From positions 32,001 to 96,000 of the IMG/VR virus record IMGVR_UViG_3300045450_000145: a DNA stretch of 64,000 bases; one strand, given 5' to 3'. Positions 45,819 through 55,846 of the stretch are shown here, piece by piece. The stretch comes from a virus. A model generated the notes under the pieces. That model was not told where the DNA came from. It was given only the letters and a program-made list of their open reading frames with translations, and ran no database searches. Made by a program: the position numbers and the translations under genes. Each line of letters begins with the position of its first letter. The stretch's first letter is position 1.

Positions 45819-46367
45819 ATGAAGACTGTTTTTGGTGATATTACTACTGCCAAGAAGGGCATTATTGTGCATCAAGTAAATGCGCAGGGTGTTATGGGTT
45901 CTGGAGTCGCTAAAGCCCTCCGTGATAAGTGGCCTGAAGTTTATATGGTTTACAAACAGCACCATGATGAAAATTATAAAGCTCAGGATAAAGGCCGAAG
46001 CTTACTAGGTGATGTGTCATATGCGATCGTTGGAGATGGTTTAGCGGTTGCTAACTTGGTAGGGCAACAATTTTATGGTAGAGAGAAAAACCGTAAGTAT
46101 ACCTCGTATGACGCCCTTGACAAAGGCTTTGCAGATATTGCAAATATGGCGAGAAATTGTATTGAAATAGGTAATAAAGATATCGAAGTCCACTTTCCAC
46201 TTATCGGCGCAGGGCTTGGTGGTGGCAACTGGACCACAATTAGTTCGCTCATTGGGTTACACTTTGATAAAATACCTCATGCACTATGGATTAAAATCCA
46301 TAGTGATAACCTCTATACCCAAAGAGCCCTAAACAAAGCTAACCACGCCCGAGATATTTTATGCTAG
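45819..46367 (+). CDS. macrodomain ADP-ribose hydrolase
   Basis: GDIT, IVHQVNAQGVMGSGVAKALR.KWP, ANL.GQ, FPLIGAGLGGG.W. Confidence 0.9.
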   Translation: MKTVFGDITTAKKGIIVHQVNAQGVMGSGVAKALRDKWPEVYMVYKQHHDENYKAQDKGRSLLGDVSYAIVGDGLAVANLVGQQFYGREKNRKYTSYDALDKGFADIANMARNCIEIGNKDIEVHFPLIGAGLGGGNWTTISSLIGLHFDKIPHALWIKIHSDNLYTQRALNKANHARDILC

Positions 46368-47255
46368 ATGTCTTTAATCCTAGACACTTCATCCTTATTA
46401 GTAAAAGCTAAATTAAGACAATACATTCTCCACCACTTTAATAAAGAGTCGGTGGATTTTATGCAACTAAACTTAGAGACTTTCCAAGCTGATTACAACA
46501 ACTTCATCGAAATGAATTTTGACTTAGCATCTAAGCTAGATAAACTTAGACCAGCAGGTGTTGGGCCAGGAGAACTTATCTTGTGGTTTCTATTTGATGA
46601 AATCACGTTAGGTGGTAAAAATTCTAGCATTGACTTGTTATTCAATGGCTTACCATTTGCAGAGGTGAAGGGTGGTGTCTACATTAAGAAAGACAACGCA
46701 ATTACTGATTTTAAAATCAGTAAAGATGCAGACCCAGCGGTGCATCTGATTTTGAGGGATTTAGAAGCATTCAATAATAAGTATGAGGAAATTACAGGCA
46801 GCAAACTGGCTTATTGGAGAGATGGTGATATAAGCAAAAACACCCTCAACGCATACAGCCACATCGACTTAGAACGCCTTGCAAGGAAATATTCTGGTCC
46901 TATTCGTGGAAACATCTCGCTGCTATTTTCGTCTAACGGTGAGATTTACCAGAATGGAATCATGAAGTCCATTGCAAACTGGCATGATGATACCTTTCAC
47001 GACAAAATAGCCGAATTTATGGTGTCTGATGTGCAAATCGCTGTAGATAATAATATCAGCACCATAAAGAAAATTGTTGGACGTTGGCGGGCTCAGGCGT
47101 ATCTGGACTATATTAAGGGTAAGAACTTTGTATTGATAGATAGCAAGAAGCTCACCATGTTACATTTTGGTGCGATAAAGAAGAATGCAGTTGACTTAAA
47201 TAGAATCTGCAGAAACCAACCTCAGGCAAGAATCTTACTTAACAAGGTACATTAG
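46368..47255 (+). CDS. putative PD-(D/E)xK nuclease-like protein
   Basis: GPGE....... then IDLLFNG...AEVKG (E...D...ExK arrangement). Confidence 0.4.
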   Translation: MSLILDTSSLLVKAKLRQYILHHFNKESVDFMQLNLETFQADYNNFIEMNFDLASKLDKLRPAGVGPGELILWFLFDEITLGGKNSSIDLLFNGLPFAEVKGGVYIKKDNAITDFKISKDADPAVHLILRDLEAFNNKYEEITGSKLAYWRDGDISKNTLNAYSHIDLERLARKYSGPIRGNISLLFSSNGEIYQNGIMKSIANWHDDTFHDKIAEFMVSDVQIAVDNNISTIKKIVGRWRAQAYLDYIKGKNFVLIDSKKLTMLHFGAIKKNAVDLNRICRNQPQARILLNKVH

Positions 47256-47262
47256 GAATATT

Positions 47263-47439
47263 ATGGGTGAACATGTAGACAACAGAAAGAGCGTTAAGCG
47301 CCATAAGAAGACTTATGAAGGCGATGCTGGTAAAAGACAGCAACGAGTCTCTTTCAAAAACTATCTTCGCCAAGTTGAAGAAGAACTGCTTGAAGATGAC
47401 TTGAATAGTTTAGAAGAAAACGGCGAACAAGCTAGTTGA
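47263..47439 (+). CDS. small charged protein (58 aa)
   Basis: SD AGGA; basic N-half, acidic C-half. Confidence 0.6.
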   Translation: MGEHVDNRKSVKRHKKTYEGDAGKRQQRVSFKNYLRQVEEELLEDDLNSLEENGEQAS

Positions 47440-47468
47440 ACCTTTATGGCGAACATAAGTTGAGCGGT

Positions 47469-47476
47469 TATAAATA
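47469..47476 (+). promoter_or_regulatory. T4-type late promoter TATAAATA
   Basis: Exact match 21 nt upstream of 47498. Confidence 0.75.
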
Positions 47477-47497
47477 TGAGTAAATTTAGGACCGCAA

Positions 47498-47992
47498 ATG
47501 CTAGTTGTACCGCTAAAAAGAGACAAGATTGAAACCAAAGACGGCGTTTCATTTCAAGTATTATCATACACCAATTACCGGGATAAGGGACCGGCAGTCT
47601 ATGTAGAGCACACGCCTGCTGTACCATCTGACGCCGTGTATTTCTTTGACATTGCCAAAATTAATGGCAAGACAGTTGAGTTTATTCCAGGTGCAAAGGT
47701 ATTCAGATCACTTGGCCCACTTGGTAGAAAAATTCAACTTCCACAGCCAAATGACACCATCGTTTACCGTGATGGTTCAGGTGCACACACAATTACTGTC
47801 AAGAACTTAAAGCTCCACAAACGAGGTGATCTCGCCAAGGGGCTTTTAGTCATTGGCGTGGATGGTGTCACTGAAGAGCAAGTAACAGTTAGAATGGCAC
47901 AAATTATTGACATTCAACGCGACATTGGCAATGACATGTTCTCGAAAGATAAATTCTTATCCTTGTATAGCGATTACCTTGGGAGCCGTTAA
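47498..47992 (+). CDS. hypothetical late protein
   Basis: 164 aa, SD AGGA. Confidence 0.7.
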   Translation: MLVVPLKRDKIETKDGVSFQVLSYTNYRDKGPAVYVEHTPAVPSDAVYFFDIAKINGKTVEFIPGAKVFRSLGPLGRKIQLPQPNDTIVYRDGSGAHTITVKNLKLHKRGDLAKGLLVIGVDGVTEEQVTVRMAQIIDIQRDIGNDMFSKDKFLSLYSDYLGSR

Positions 47993-48198
47993 TGTCTTTG
48001 CTGAAGCAGTTAGATAACGTCGCCGACAAGGTGGCATATCAGAAATATAGTTTGCAGTTCGGTATTGAGACAATCGATTTAATGGTACCTCTTAAGAATG
48101 CAAAGATGTTTGAGGCTGAAATTAACAAGGCTTCTATTCAAAACAAGAAGCAGCTCTTGGATGTAATTGATTCGTATAACGGTGAAGTGAAGAAATAA
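47992..48198 (+). CDS. hypothetical protein
   Basis: 68 aa, TAATG-coupled. Confidence 0.65.
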   Translation: MSLLKQLDNVADKVAYQKYSLQFGIETIDLMVPLKNAKMFEAEINKASIQNKKQLLDVIDSYNGEVKK

Positions 48199-48839
48199 TG
48201 GCCTTAAAACAACTCTTTACTAACAATGCCGTCTCGCTGTTAAAGTTCCCAATCACTGCAGATGCAGTTAGCTTGCAAGTTTTGGACGGCCATGGCGACA
48301 TGTTCCCAACCCCTCAGGAAAATGAATTCTTTACAGTTACGCTTGAGAATCAAACTGCATCCGCCCGAGAAATTATTTTTGTCACTCAACGTCAAGGTGA
48401 TATTTTCACTATTGTTAGAGGGCGTGAAAATACGTTTCCTCATGCATGGAGCGCCAGCGCGAGCAATGATACTCTAGTTGACCATCGTTTAACTGCTGAA
48501 ACGTTGTATAGGTTAAGCAATGTCTACAGCAATGAAGACTTTCCAAATCTAACCGATTATAAAGATGCACTAGATTACCTATTAGCTCAAAAGCCAATAT
48601 CAGGCGAGCAAATGGTTGATGCGCCATACACGACATACACACATGATGGTAAGCTAAGATTAATTACACTTAATCCATACAAGCTAGAAACAACCGTCTT
48701 ATTTGTCGGTGGCATGAGACAAAAACGTAACTTAGACTTTATAGAAATAAATAACACTACCCTCCAACTTCAATATCCAATTTCAAGTGACGACATAGCT
48801 AGAGGGCAGAATATCGTAGTAGACTACGTTATTGCATAA
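48198..48839 (+). CDS. virion structural protein (fibre N-terminal-type domain)
   Basis: FTNNA.S.L, G.GD.FP, FF.VTL, EII.VT.R.GD.FTI.RG.E.T motif common at fibre N-termini. Confidence 0.7.
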   Translation: MALKQLFTNNAVSLLKFPITADAVSLQVLDGHGDMFPTPQENEFFTVTLENQTASAREIIFVTQRQGDIFTIVRGRENTFPHAWSASASNDTLVDHRLTAETLYRLSNVYSNEDFPNLTDYKDALDYLLAQKPISGEQMVDAPYTTYTHDGKLRLITLNPYKLETTVLFVGGMRQKRNLDFIEINNTTLQLQYPISSDDIARGQNIVVDYVIA

Positions 48840-48844
48840 CATAT

Positions 48845-48852
48845 CATAAATA
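48845..48852 (+). promoter_or_regulatory. late promoter variant CATAAATA
   Basis: One mismatch to TATAAATA, upstream of a virion gene. Confidence 0.6.
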
Positions 48853-48889
48853 CAGCATCCTAGCGTTCAAATATTAACTCACTTGAGAG

Positions 48890-50314
48890 GTGATTATGGC
48901 TTTTACCAAAATTCGTGGTAATGTACAGGTTCAAGACCTGTCACTTACAAACTCCCAGATTGCTCTGCCAGATGCGGCTAATCCAAAGGGTATTTTACTA
49001 ACAAAGATTGAAGACGGCGCACTTCTAGTCAAGAGCGATGGCTCAGTACCATTCACTGCTCCTGTTTCTGGCGTTGAGCCAACACAAGCTTCCCACCTAG
49101 CCACCAAGGCATACGTTGACGCTACTGCTGAAGGTCTTGACGTTAAGCTTTCTGTTCGTGCAGTTGCAACTGACAACGTTGCTTTAAGTGGCACACAAAC
49201 CATTGACGGCGTTTCACTCGTTGTTGGCGACCGTGTCTTACTAACCGGTCAAAGTAACCCAGTAGAAAATGGTATCTACGTTGTCGCTGCTGGTGGCTGG
49301 ACGCGCGCGGCCGATGCAACTACAAACGCAGACGTCACACCTGGCCTTTTCACATTCGTTGAAGAAGGTACTTACGGTGCAGGTACTGGTTGGGTTCTAA
49401 CCTCAGTTGGTCCTACCACTCTAGGCCAAACTCCACTACCATTTGCACAGTTTTCCTCTGCAGGTGTTGTTCAAGCGGGTGACGGTCTAGCTAAAAATGG
49501 CAATTCACTCAGCGTTGTCAGCGCTAATGGCGGTATTGCAGTTACCCCTGCAGGCATTACTCTAACTTTAGACGGTTCTACTCTAGCAGTTGGTCCAAAT
49601 GGTCTAAAGCTAGCTGATTTAGCTGAAGGCCAAATCCTAGTCGGTTCTGCAACTGGTGTTGCGACGGCTCGTACCCTAAGCGGTGACGTCACTGTTAATG
49701 CGGCCGGTGTAGTTACTCTTACTGACGGCGCGGTTAGTGGCGATAAAATTGCTGATGGCTCACTAGAGCTAAAGAAGCTTGACACTGACGGTGCTGTTGC
49801 CGGTTCAGTTGCAGTTATCGGCCAAGATGGTGTTGCAAAGTTCGTTCCAGTTTCTGGAGATGCTACATTATCAGAAACTGGCGCTTTTGAGCTAGGCACT
49901 GGAGTAGTCGGTACTGCCGAACTTGCAGACAAGTCAGTCACCTTAAGTAAGCTTGCTGACATCCCAGCTGGTCAACTAATCTTAGGTTCTACGGCTGGTA
50001 ATAAGACTGTCACATTGAGCGGTGACGTCACCATCGATGAGAACGGCGTTGTAACCATCAACCCAGACACAGTTATTAGAGTCACTGACTTTGTGACACG
50101 TGAAACACCAGCTGGCGCACTTAACGGCGTCAACGACACCTTCACACTAGCTAATGATGTTAAGCTTGGTACTGAAAGTGTTTTCGTCAACGGCTTACTC
50201 CAAGACGCAGGCGCAAGCAATGACTACACAATCAACGGTTCTACCATCACCATGCAATATGCACTAACTGCAGAAGATAAGATCCGCGTCAGCTACATCG
50301 CAGACAAGGCTTAA
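48890..50314 (+). CDS. tail fibre/whisker-like structural protein
   Basis: HLATKAYVD..A.GLDVK.SVRA, GTQTIDGV....GDRVLL..Q.....NGIY, W.RA.D, repeated LSGDVT; C-terminal GALNGVN..FTL..VFVNGLLQ domain; start may be 48896. Confidence 0.8.
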   Translation: MIMAFTKIRGNVQVQDLSLTNSQIALPDAANPKGILLTKIEDGALLVKSDGSVPFTAPVSGVEPTQASHLATKAYVDATAEGLDVKLSVRAVATDNVALSGTQTIDGVSLVVGDRVLLTGQSNPVENGIYVVAAGGWTRAADATTNADVTPGLFTFVEEGTYGAGTGWVLTSVGPTTLGQTPLPFAQFSSAGVVQAGDGLAKNGNSLSVVSANGGIAVTPAGITLTLDGSTLAVGPNGLKLADLAEGQILVGSATGVATARTLSGDVTVNAAGVVTLTDGAVSGDKIADGSLELKKLDTDGAVAGSVAVIGQDGVAKFVPVSGDATLSETGAFELGTGVVGTAELADKSVTLSKLADIPAGQLILGSTAGNKTVTLSGDVTIDENGVVTINPDTVIRVTDFVTRETPAGALNGVNDTFTLANDVKLGTESVFVNGLLQDAGASNDYTINGSTITMQYALTAEDKIRVSYIADKA

Positions 50315-50324
50315 TTATAAAAAT

Positions 50325-50353
50325 AGGGGTATGGATATTATTTCCATACCCCT
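50325..50353. repeat. 11-bp inverted repeat between fibre genes (terminator or processing hairpin)
   Basis: AGGGGTATGGA-TATTATT-TCCATACCCCT. Confidence 0.7.
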
Positions 50354-50368
50354 CACTAAGGAAATAGT

Positions 50369-53300
50369 GTGAGAACCCAAGTACCAGGAAAACAGATCCT
50401 TGATGACGGCATCGAAAGTGAAGACATCAAAGACCAGGCAGTTACAGACCCAAAATTAAGCAAGACCGGAGTTGCTCCAGGTGCATATACAAAGGTAAAT
50501 GTAAATGACACTGGGCGTGTTGTAAGCGGCGAAAGCCCAAACACATTAGCTGGATTGGGCATTACAGACGGGCTATCTAGAAATGATAACGATTTATCAT
50601 TGGTAGTTGCGTCTAGAAATTCATCATCACCTGTAGCATCAAGAGTATTAACAGGTGAAACTAATCAAATTAAAGTTACTGACAATGGTGGTGGGAAAGA
50701 GCTAAAGCTATCATTGCAAGATAATGTAAAGTTCCCAGGTAATGGCGCAATCACTTTACCGCACGGCACAACTGCTCAGCAACCAGATAATGCAGCCGCA
50801 GGTACCTTACGTTTCAATGACACAACTAATTACATTGAAACATTCTCAAATGGCAAGTGGGTTAATCTAGTCAATGACTTGGATCCACGCCTAAATCCTA
50901 TTACGACTCTAACAGTGCAGCCAAATCCTGGTCCAGGTCAATTTGGTAGCATTAAGCAGGCGGTGGATTCCATCACTGACGCGGGTCAGCTTAAGAGATA
51001 CACCGTTTATGTGAAGGCTGGTAGGTATAATGAAGACCCCATCACCCTAAAGAGATATGTTGCGGTCGTCGGCGAATCTGCGGCAAGCGTCTTTATTGTT
51101 GCAAAAAACCCAAGCGCGGACATTATTACTGGTGCAAATGATGCTGCACTTACATCAGTCACACTATCTGGCGCGACTGGTGAAAATAAGAGCGCGATCC
51201 GTTTTGACAATGCGGTTGAAAATGAAACAACCCGCTCATTTACCGCGACCGATATTCGCTTCGGCCAAAATGATAGATTAGTCACTGTCACCTCAAGCGG
51301 TAACTCTACCACTATCTTCTTATTTAACCCGCAGTTTGGCGGCACAATGGTCTACAGGCAGGGCTTGGTTGTCGAGAGCCAAAATAACGGACAAGCCCGC
51401 ATTTTAGTTAGATCTGGTACAACTCGTGGTGCATCTGCCCCATACCCAACTGATTTTGCATTTGCGTCTGGCCGCGGTGCAGAAATTTTTATTAACGCGA
51501 CTCAAATTAGAACATCTCTTAACACGCCATCTGGAAATGGCATTCGAGTTCGAGATGGGGCTTTAGCTAGATTACTAAGCGTTTCATTTAGAGGTTTCAA
51601 CAATGCGATCTACGCAGAAAATGCGGGTGTCGCACCTCGTATTTTAGGCTACAATGTATCACTCGAGTCAAACGTTACTGACTTGAAGTTAGACCACCCT
51701 AGCACTACAGGCACGTTCCTTGGTACGGCGGCAAAAAATAAAGTTACATCCGCCTCTACAGCAATCTCACTTTTCTTTTTAGACCCAGAAGATGCAGGTG
51801 TTAACATTGCGGGTAAGTTTAACTTAGGTAAGAACGTCAATGAAATTACAAACGTTACAAACCTAATTATTGATACTGCACCAATGGGATTATTATCTGG
51901 TGGTTCAGTGACTAGAAATGGCGGTACTTCGATTAGAATTTCTGCAGGTGTTGGGTACTTAAGAAATGCTGACAATCTAGTTAAGAGAATTGAATTTACT
52001 GGGGCTGACCTTCAATTAGCACCAGGCTCTTCTCCATACATCTACATTAACAATGCTGGCTCTGTCATGACAGCGGATACCGAGCCAGATCACGCCAGCA
52101 ATATAGTTCTTGCTCGGGCACTTGTGGGCGCAGATAGCGTCTTACAAGTCGGTGATCAGGCTCTTCATATAGACCTAATTAATAACAAAATTGACTCATA
52201 CCTACGTCAGACTATAGGTGGAGTTTTTGTCTCAGGTTCTATCGTAACTGAATCTAGTACCGTTAACCGCGGCTTGAATGTAACTGCCGGTAAGTACTAC
52301 TATGGCACGTTAAGCAGAACACCTGGTGCATTTAATAACATTACGTTTTTAGATGGATATAAAACAGGCAACTCTGTTACTATTGTTCCTCGTACGCAGG
52401 TTCCAAACAACACCCTTCTAATTGACGGTGGCTACAAGCCAATGACTCATTTGTACTATGCTAAGCATGCATTGTATGAGACGGGTTCAGGCACAGATGT
52501 ATTATTTCCACTCGCCCATGCGCAGGTAGAATATGCAACGTTTGCTGAGGCTTTGGCTGCGCCAATTCCAACGCCTGTTATTAATCCAGATGGCACGCCT
52601 AGAATTGCAGCAATTATTGTTCAAGAGGGCAATGATAAAATTGTATCTATCTTAGATATTAGACCCCGCCACTTTCAAGGAGGTGGGAGCGCAGTAGGTT
52701 CAAGCGGAACAAACGATCACGGTGACTTGCTAGGATTAGCTGACGATGATCATACCCAATACTTACTCGCAAGCGGAGTTAGAGCATTAGTTGGCAATTT
52801 AGATTTAGGTAACAATAACATTGTCAATGCAAAGCTAATTAATAACATTGACGTTGCGGCTCACGCGTCTCGTCACACTCCAAACGGGGCTGACCCACTA
52901 CCTACCGCGCCGGCTGTTAGCTTAAATGCGTCTAGCACAAACACTACGGGCATTTCTAACTCTTTTGCTCGTGCTGATCACACGCACTCATTGAGCGGCT
53001 TACAGCCACTGAGCGGTGAATTAACCGCGCTGGCGTCATTTACATCCACCGGAATACCTGTCAGAACAGGTACTAACACTTGGGCTATTCGCTCTATTAT
53101 TGGCAATAACATCAAGGTAATTAATGGCAATGGAGTTGATGGAAACATCACGATCTCTCCAGACACTGTAGGTGTAGCTGGTACATATCAAAGCGTTACG
53201 ACTGATCAATTTGGTAGAGTTACTGCCGGCACAAACACCGTGCCGTGGAGCGTCATTACAAACACTCCAACAACTCTTAATGGTTATGGCATTACCGACG

Positions 53301-55846
53301 CACAACCGCTAAATTCAGACCTAACTGCGCTAACTAACGTAACTACCACTGGCATTTATATTAAAACTGGTGCGGGCACTGCAGTTACTAGAACTCTAAT
53401 TCAACCTGCGGCAGGTATTAACATTGCTAATCCAGATGGCATTAGTGGCAACATTGCATTTACCTTATCTAATGACTTGCTAGGATTAGAAAACCTAACA
53501 GGAACAGGTATTCCTGTTCGCACTGGCAATGATTCATGGGCAGTTAGAACTTTTGTAGCACCATCTGCTGGTATTACTATTACTAATCCAGCAGGTACTG
53601 CTGGCAATATCACATTAGCACTAGCAAATGATTTGCTAGGTTTAGAAAATCTTGCCACAAATGGATACGCGGTACGAACCGCGAACAACACCTGGGCAAC
53701 CAGATCAATTACTTCCACTACATTAACTGTCACATTCGGTGATGGTGTTGGTGGAAATACAGATATTGGTTTAATTCCAATCATCACTGCGGGCAACTTT
53801 AGATCAGTTGCTGTTGATCAATATGGTAGAGTCACCTCAGGTACCAACCCAACTACCCTAGCTGGGTATGGCATTACTGACGCTATTAATGTAAATCAAC
53901 TTGGCGCCAAGAATGGTGTTGCAACTCTAGATAGTAATGGTCAGCTATTAACTTCCCAAGTTCCAGCGATTGCTATCACTGACACGTTTGTTGTCAATTC
54001 TGAATCTCAGCAAACTAGCTTAGTGGCAGAGGTAGGCGACGTTGCAGTTCGGACCGACTTGAAGAAGTCATTTATCTTAAGTGCATTACCTGCAAGCAAC
54101 TTTGCAAACTGGCAAGAATTACTAACCCCGACAGACTTAGTTACATCCGTCAACGGGCAAACTGGTAACGTCGTAGTGCCCGCGGGATCAGTCACCTCAG
54201 TTGCAGCGCAAGCCCCTGCCGCGGGCTTAGTTATTAGTGGTTCCCCAATTACCTCAAGTGGTACGCTCTCATTCAGCTTAGCAAATGACCTGGCCGCGCT
54301 AGAATCTTTATCTGGTACTGGCTTTGCAGTTAGAACTAATTCTGATACATGGGCAAATAGGCAGCTTGTGCAGGGCGCTGGTATTACTATTACAAACCCT
54401 GATGCTGTTACTGGAAATCCTAACATCAGCTTGACTGCAGTCGGTACGGCAGGAACTTACAAGTCCATTACTACTGATCAATATGGACGTGTAACGGCTG
54501 GCTCTAATCCAACGACATTAGCAGGTTTTGGTATTACCGATGCGCAAGGATTAAATTCAAACCTAACCGCGTTATCTAACACTACCCAAACTGGCATCTA
54601 TGTAGTTACCGGCACTGGAACATCAGCTGCTAGAACTTTAACTCCAGGCACTGGCATTAGTATCACAAATGCTAACGGCGTTAGTGGCAACCCCACAATT
54701 AATAATACTGGTGTTACTTCAGTCGGCTTATCTTTACCTAGCATTTTCTCAGTTTCAAATACCCCAGTCACCACCACTGGCACTTTAACTGCGACCCTCA
54801 ATAATCAAGGGTCATCTGCAATTTTAGCTGCACCTATTGGTGGTGGCACCCCAGCATTTAGAACTCTAGGGCTCGGTGAGTTAAGTAATGTCGTATTAAC
54901 TTCACCATCTCCATATCAAGTGTTAGCATATTCTGGTACTAACTGGGTTAACACAAGCGTTAACACTGGTGCTATATCAGGTATTCTAAATGCATGGACT
55001 CAAATTGCTGGCACAAACCGCTACTATCAAGACTTCACACACAACTTAGCAACTGCAAATCTAGTCATTAACTTGTATGACACGGCGGATAACTCAGTTG
55101 TTACTGCGGATAGCGTGGTCTTAACTTCAGCTAACGTGGTGCGAGTTACTGTTATTGGTAATAGCCGCAATATTCGTATTGTCGTGTTAGCAAATGGCGC
55201 CGGCTTAGTTGCCGGCGGTTCAACTCCGTCTTCAATTATTGTTAGCAAGGACGGCGTCACAGTCAATAATAATGTCACCCGTCTAAATGTCCAGGGTCAA
55301 GCAGTTTCAGTAACTGACTCTGGTAGTGGTGTTGCGACTTTAACTGTCGGTTCTAGATTTACCTTCTTCGCTGGGTCATTAGATTCCCCAACAAGTGCAG
55401 ACTGGGCAATTAACGCACTTGCGCCTACAGTAACTGACCCAACATTTACCTCTCTAACAAATAGGCAATTTAGCTCTACAGTTGAGCAAGGCGTAGGCTT
55501 CCTATTATCAGTTCCACCTGGCACAACTAATATTACCTTTAAGTTTAGAGGTCGACCTCAAGCTGTACCAACTGCAGCTTCTGTTGCGGCATTTAGATTG
55601 TATAACAGGTTACTACCTAATAATGCAGCTGTCGCGGCATGGTCTACAGCGAGAGAAATTGGTGAGATTGCAATACCAACTAATGCAAACTTCCAATATG
55701 CAACATTCACCATTCCACTTGCTAACTTAACGATGGTAGCTGATCGTTTATATCAAGTTGAATTAACTAGAAGGGTCTCTGGCACTACAGGTGCTAACCT
55801 AAATGCCAACTTCCTATTAAGTGAAGTGACTGTGGAGCTTTCCTAA
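50369..55846 (+). CDS. very long tail fibre (1825 aa) with a putative beta-helix domain
   Basis: GTG start, SD AAGGA; FGSIKQAVD.I....YTVYVKAGRYNE is a pectin-lyase-like beta-helix entry motif; repeated PTTL.G(Y/F)GITDA, VTTDQ(F/Y)GRVT.G and DL..LE.L..TG. Confidence 0.88.
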   Translation: MRTQVPGKQILDDGIESEDIKDQAVTDPKLSKTGVAPGAYTKVNVNDTGRVVSGESPNTLAGLGITDGLSRNDNDLSLVVASRNSSSPVASRVLTGETNQIKVTDNGGGKELKLSLQDNVKFPGNGAITLPHGTTAQQPDNAAAGTLRFNDTTNYIETFSNGKWVNLVNDLDPRLNPITTLTVQPNPGPGQFGSIKQAVDSITDAGQLKRYTVYVKAGRYNEDPITLKRYVAVVGESAASVFIVAKNPSADIITGANDAALTSVTLSGATGENKSAIRFDNAVENETTRSFTATDIRFGQNDRLVTVTSSGNSTTIFLFNPQFGGTMVYRQGLVVESQNNGQARILVRSGTTRGASAPYPTDFAFASGRGAEIFINATQIRTSLNTPSGNGIRVRDGALARLLSVSFRGFNNAIYAENAGVAPRILGYNVSLESNVTDLKLDHPSTTGTFLGTAAKNKVTSASTAISLFFLDPEDAGVNIAGKFNLGKNVNEITNVTNLIIDTAPMGLLSGGSVTRNGGTSIRISAGVGYLRNADNLVKRIEFTGADLQLAPGSSPYIYINNAGSVMTADTEPDHASNIVLARALVGADSVLQVGDQALHIDLINNKIDSYLRQTIGGVFVSGSIVTESSTVNRGLNVTAGKYYYGTLSRTPGAFNNITFLDGYKTGNSVTIVPRTQVPNNTLLIDGGYKPMTHLYYAKHALYETGSGTDVLFPLAHAQVEYATFAEALAAPIPTPVINPDGTPRIAAIIVQEGNDKIVSILDIRPRHFQGGGSAVGSSGTNDHGDLLGLADDDHTQYLLASGVRALVGNLDLGNNNIVNAKLINNIDVAAHASRHTPNGADPLPTAPAVSLNASSTNTTGISNSFARADHTHSLSGLQPLSGELTALASFTSTGIPVRTGTNTWAIRSIIGNNIKVINGNGVDGNITISPDTVGVAGTYQSVTTDQFGRVTAGTNTVPWSVITNTPTTLNGYGITDAQPLNSDLTALTNVTTTGIYIKTGAGTAVTRTLIQPAAGINIANPDGISGNIAFTLSNDLLGLENLTGTGIPVRTGNDSWAVRTFVAPSAGITITNPAGTAGNITLALANDLLGLENLATNGYAVRTANNTWATRSITSTTLTVTFGDGVGGNTDIGLIPIITAGNFRSVAVDQYGRVTSGTNPTTLAGYGITDAINVNQLGAKNGVATLDSNGQLLTSQVPAIAITDTFVVNSESQQTSLVAEVGDVAVRTDLKKSFILSALPASNFANWQELLTPTDLVTSVNGQTGNVVVPAGSVTSVAAQAPAAGLVISGSPITSSGTLSFSLANDLAALESLSGTGFAVRTNSDTWANRQLVQGAGITITNPDAVTGNPNISLTAVGTAGTYKSITTDQYGRVTAGSNPTTLAGFGITDAQGLNSNLTALSNTTQTGIYVVTGTGTSAARTLTPGTGISITNANGVSGNPTINNTGVTSVGLSLPSIFSVSNTPVTTTGTLTATLNNQGSSAILAAPIGGGTPAFRTLGLGELSNVVLTSPSPYQVLAYSGTNWVNTSVNTGAISGILNAWTQIAGTNRYYQDFTHNLATANLVINLYDTADNSVVTADSVVLTSANVVRVTVIGNSRNIRIVVLANGAGLVAGGSTPSSIIVSKDGVTVNNNVTRLNVQGQAVSVTDSGSGVATLTVGSRFTFFAGSLDSPTSADWAINALAPTVTDPTFTSLTNRQFSSTVEQGVGFLLSVPPGTTNITFKFRGRPQAVPTAASVAAFRLYNRLLPNNAAVAAWSTAREIGEIAIPTNANFQYATFTIPLANLTMVADRLYQVELTRRVSGTTGANLNANFLLSEVTVELS

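Noticed and set aside
50369-55846. Fibre repeats as a possible diversity-generating retroelement or shufflon
   Set aside because: No reverse transcriptase or invertase in the window; repeats are degenerate at the DNA level, with no TR/VR adenine-only pattern seen
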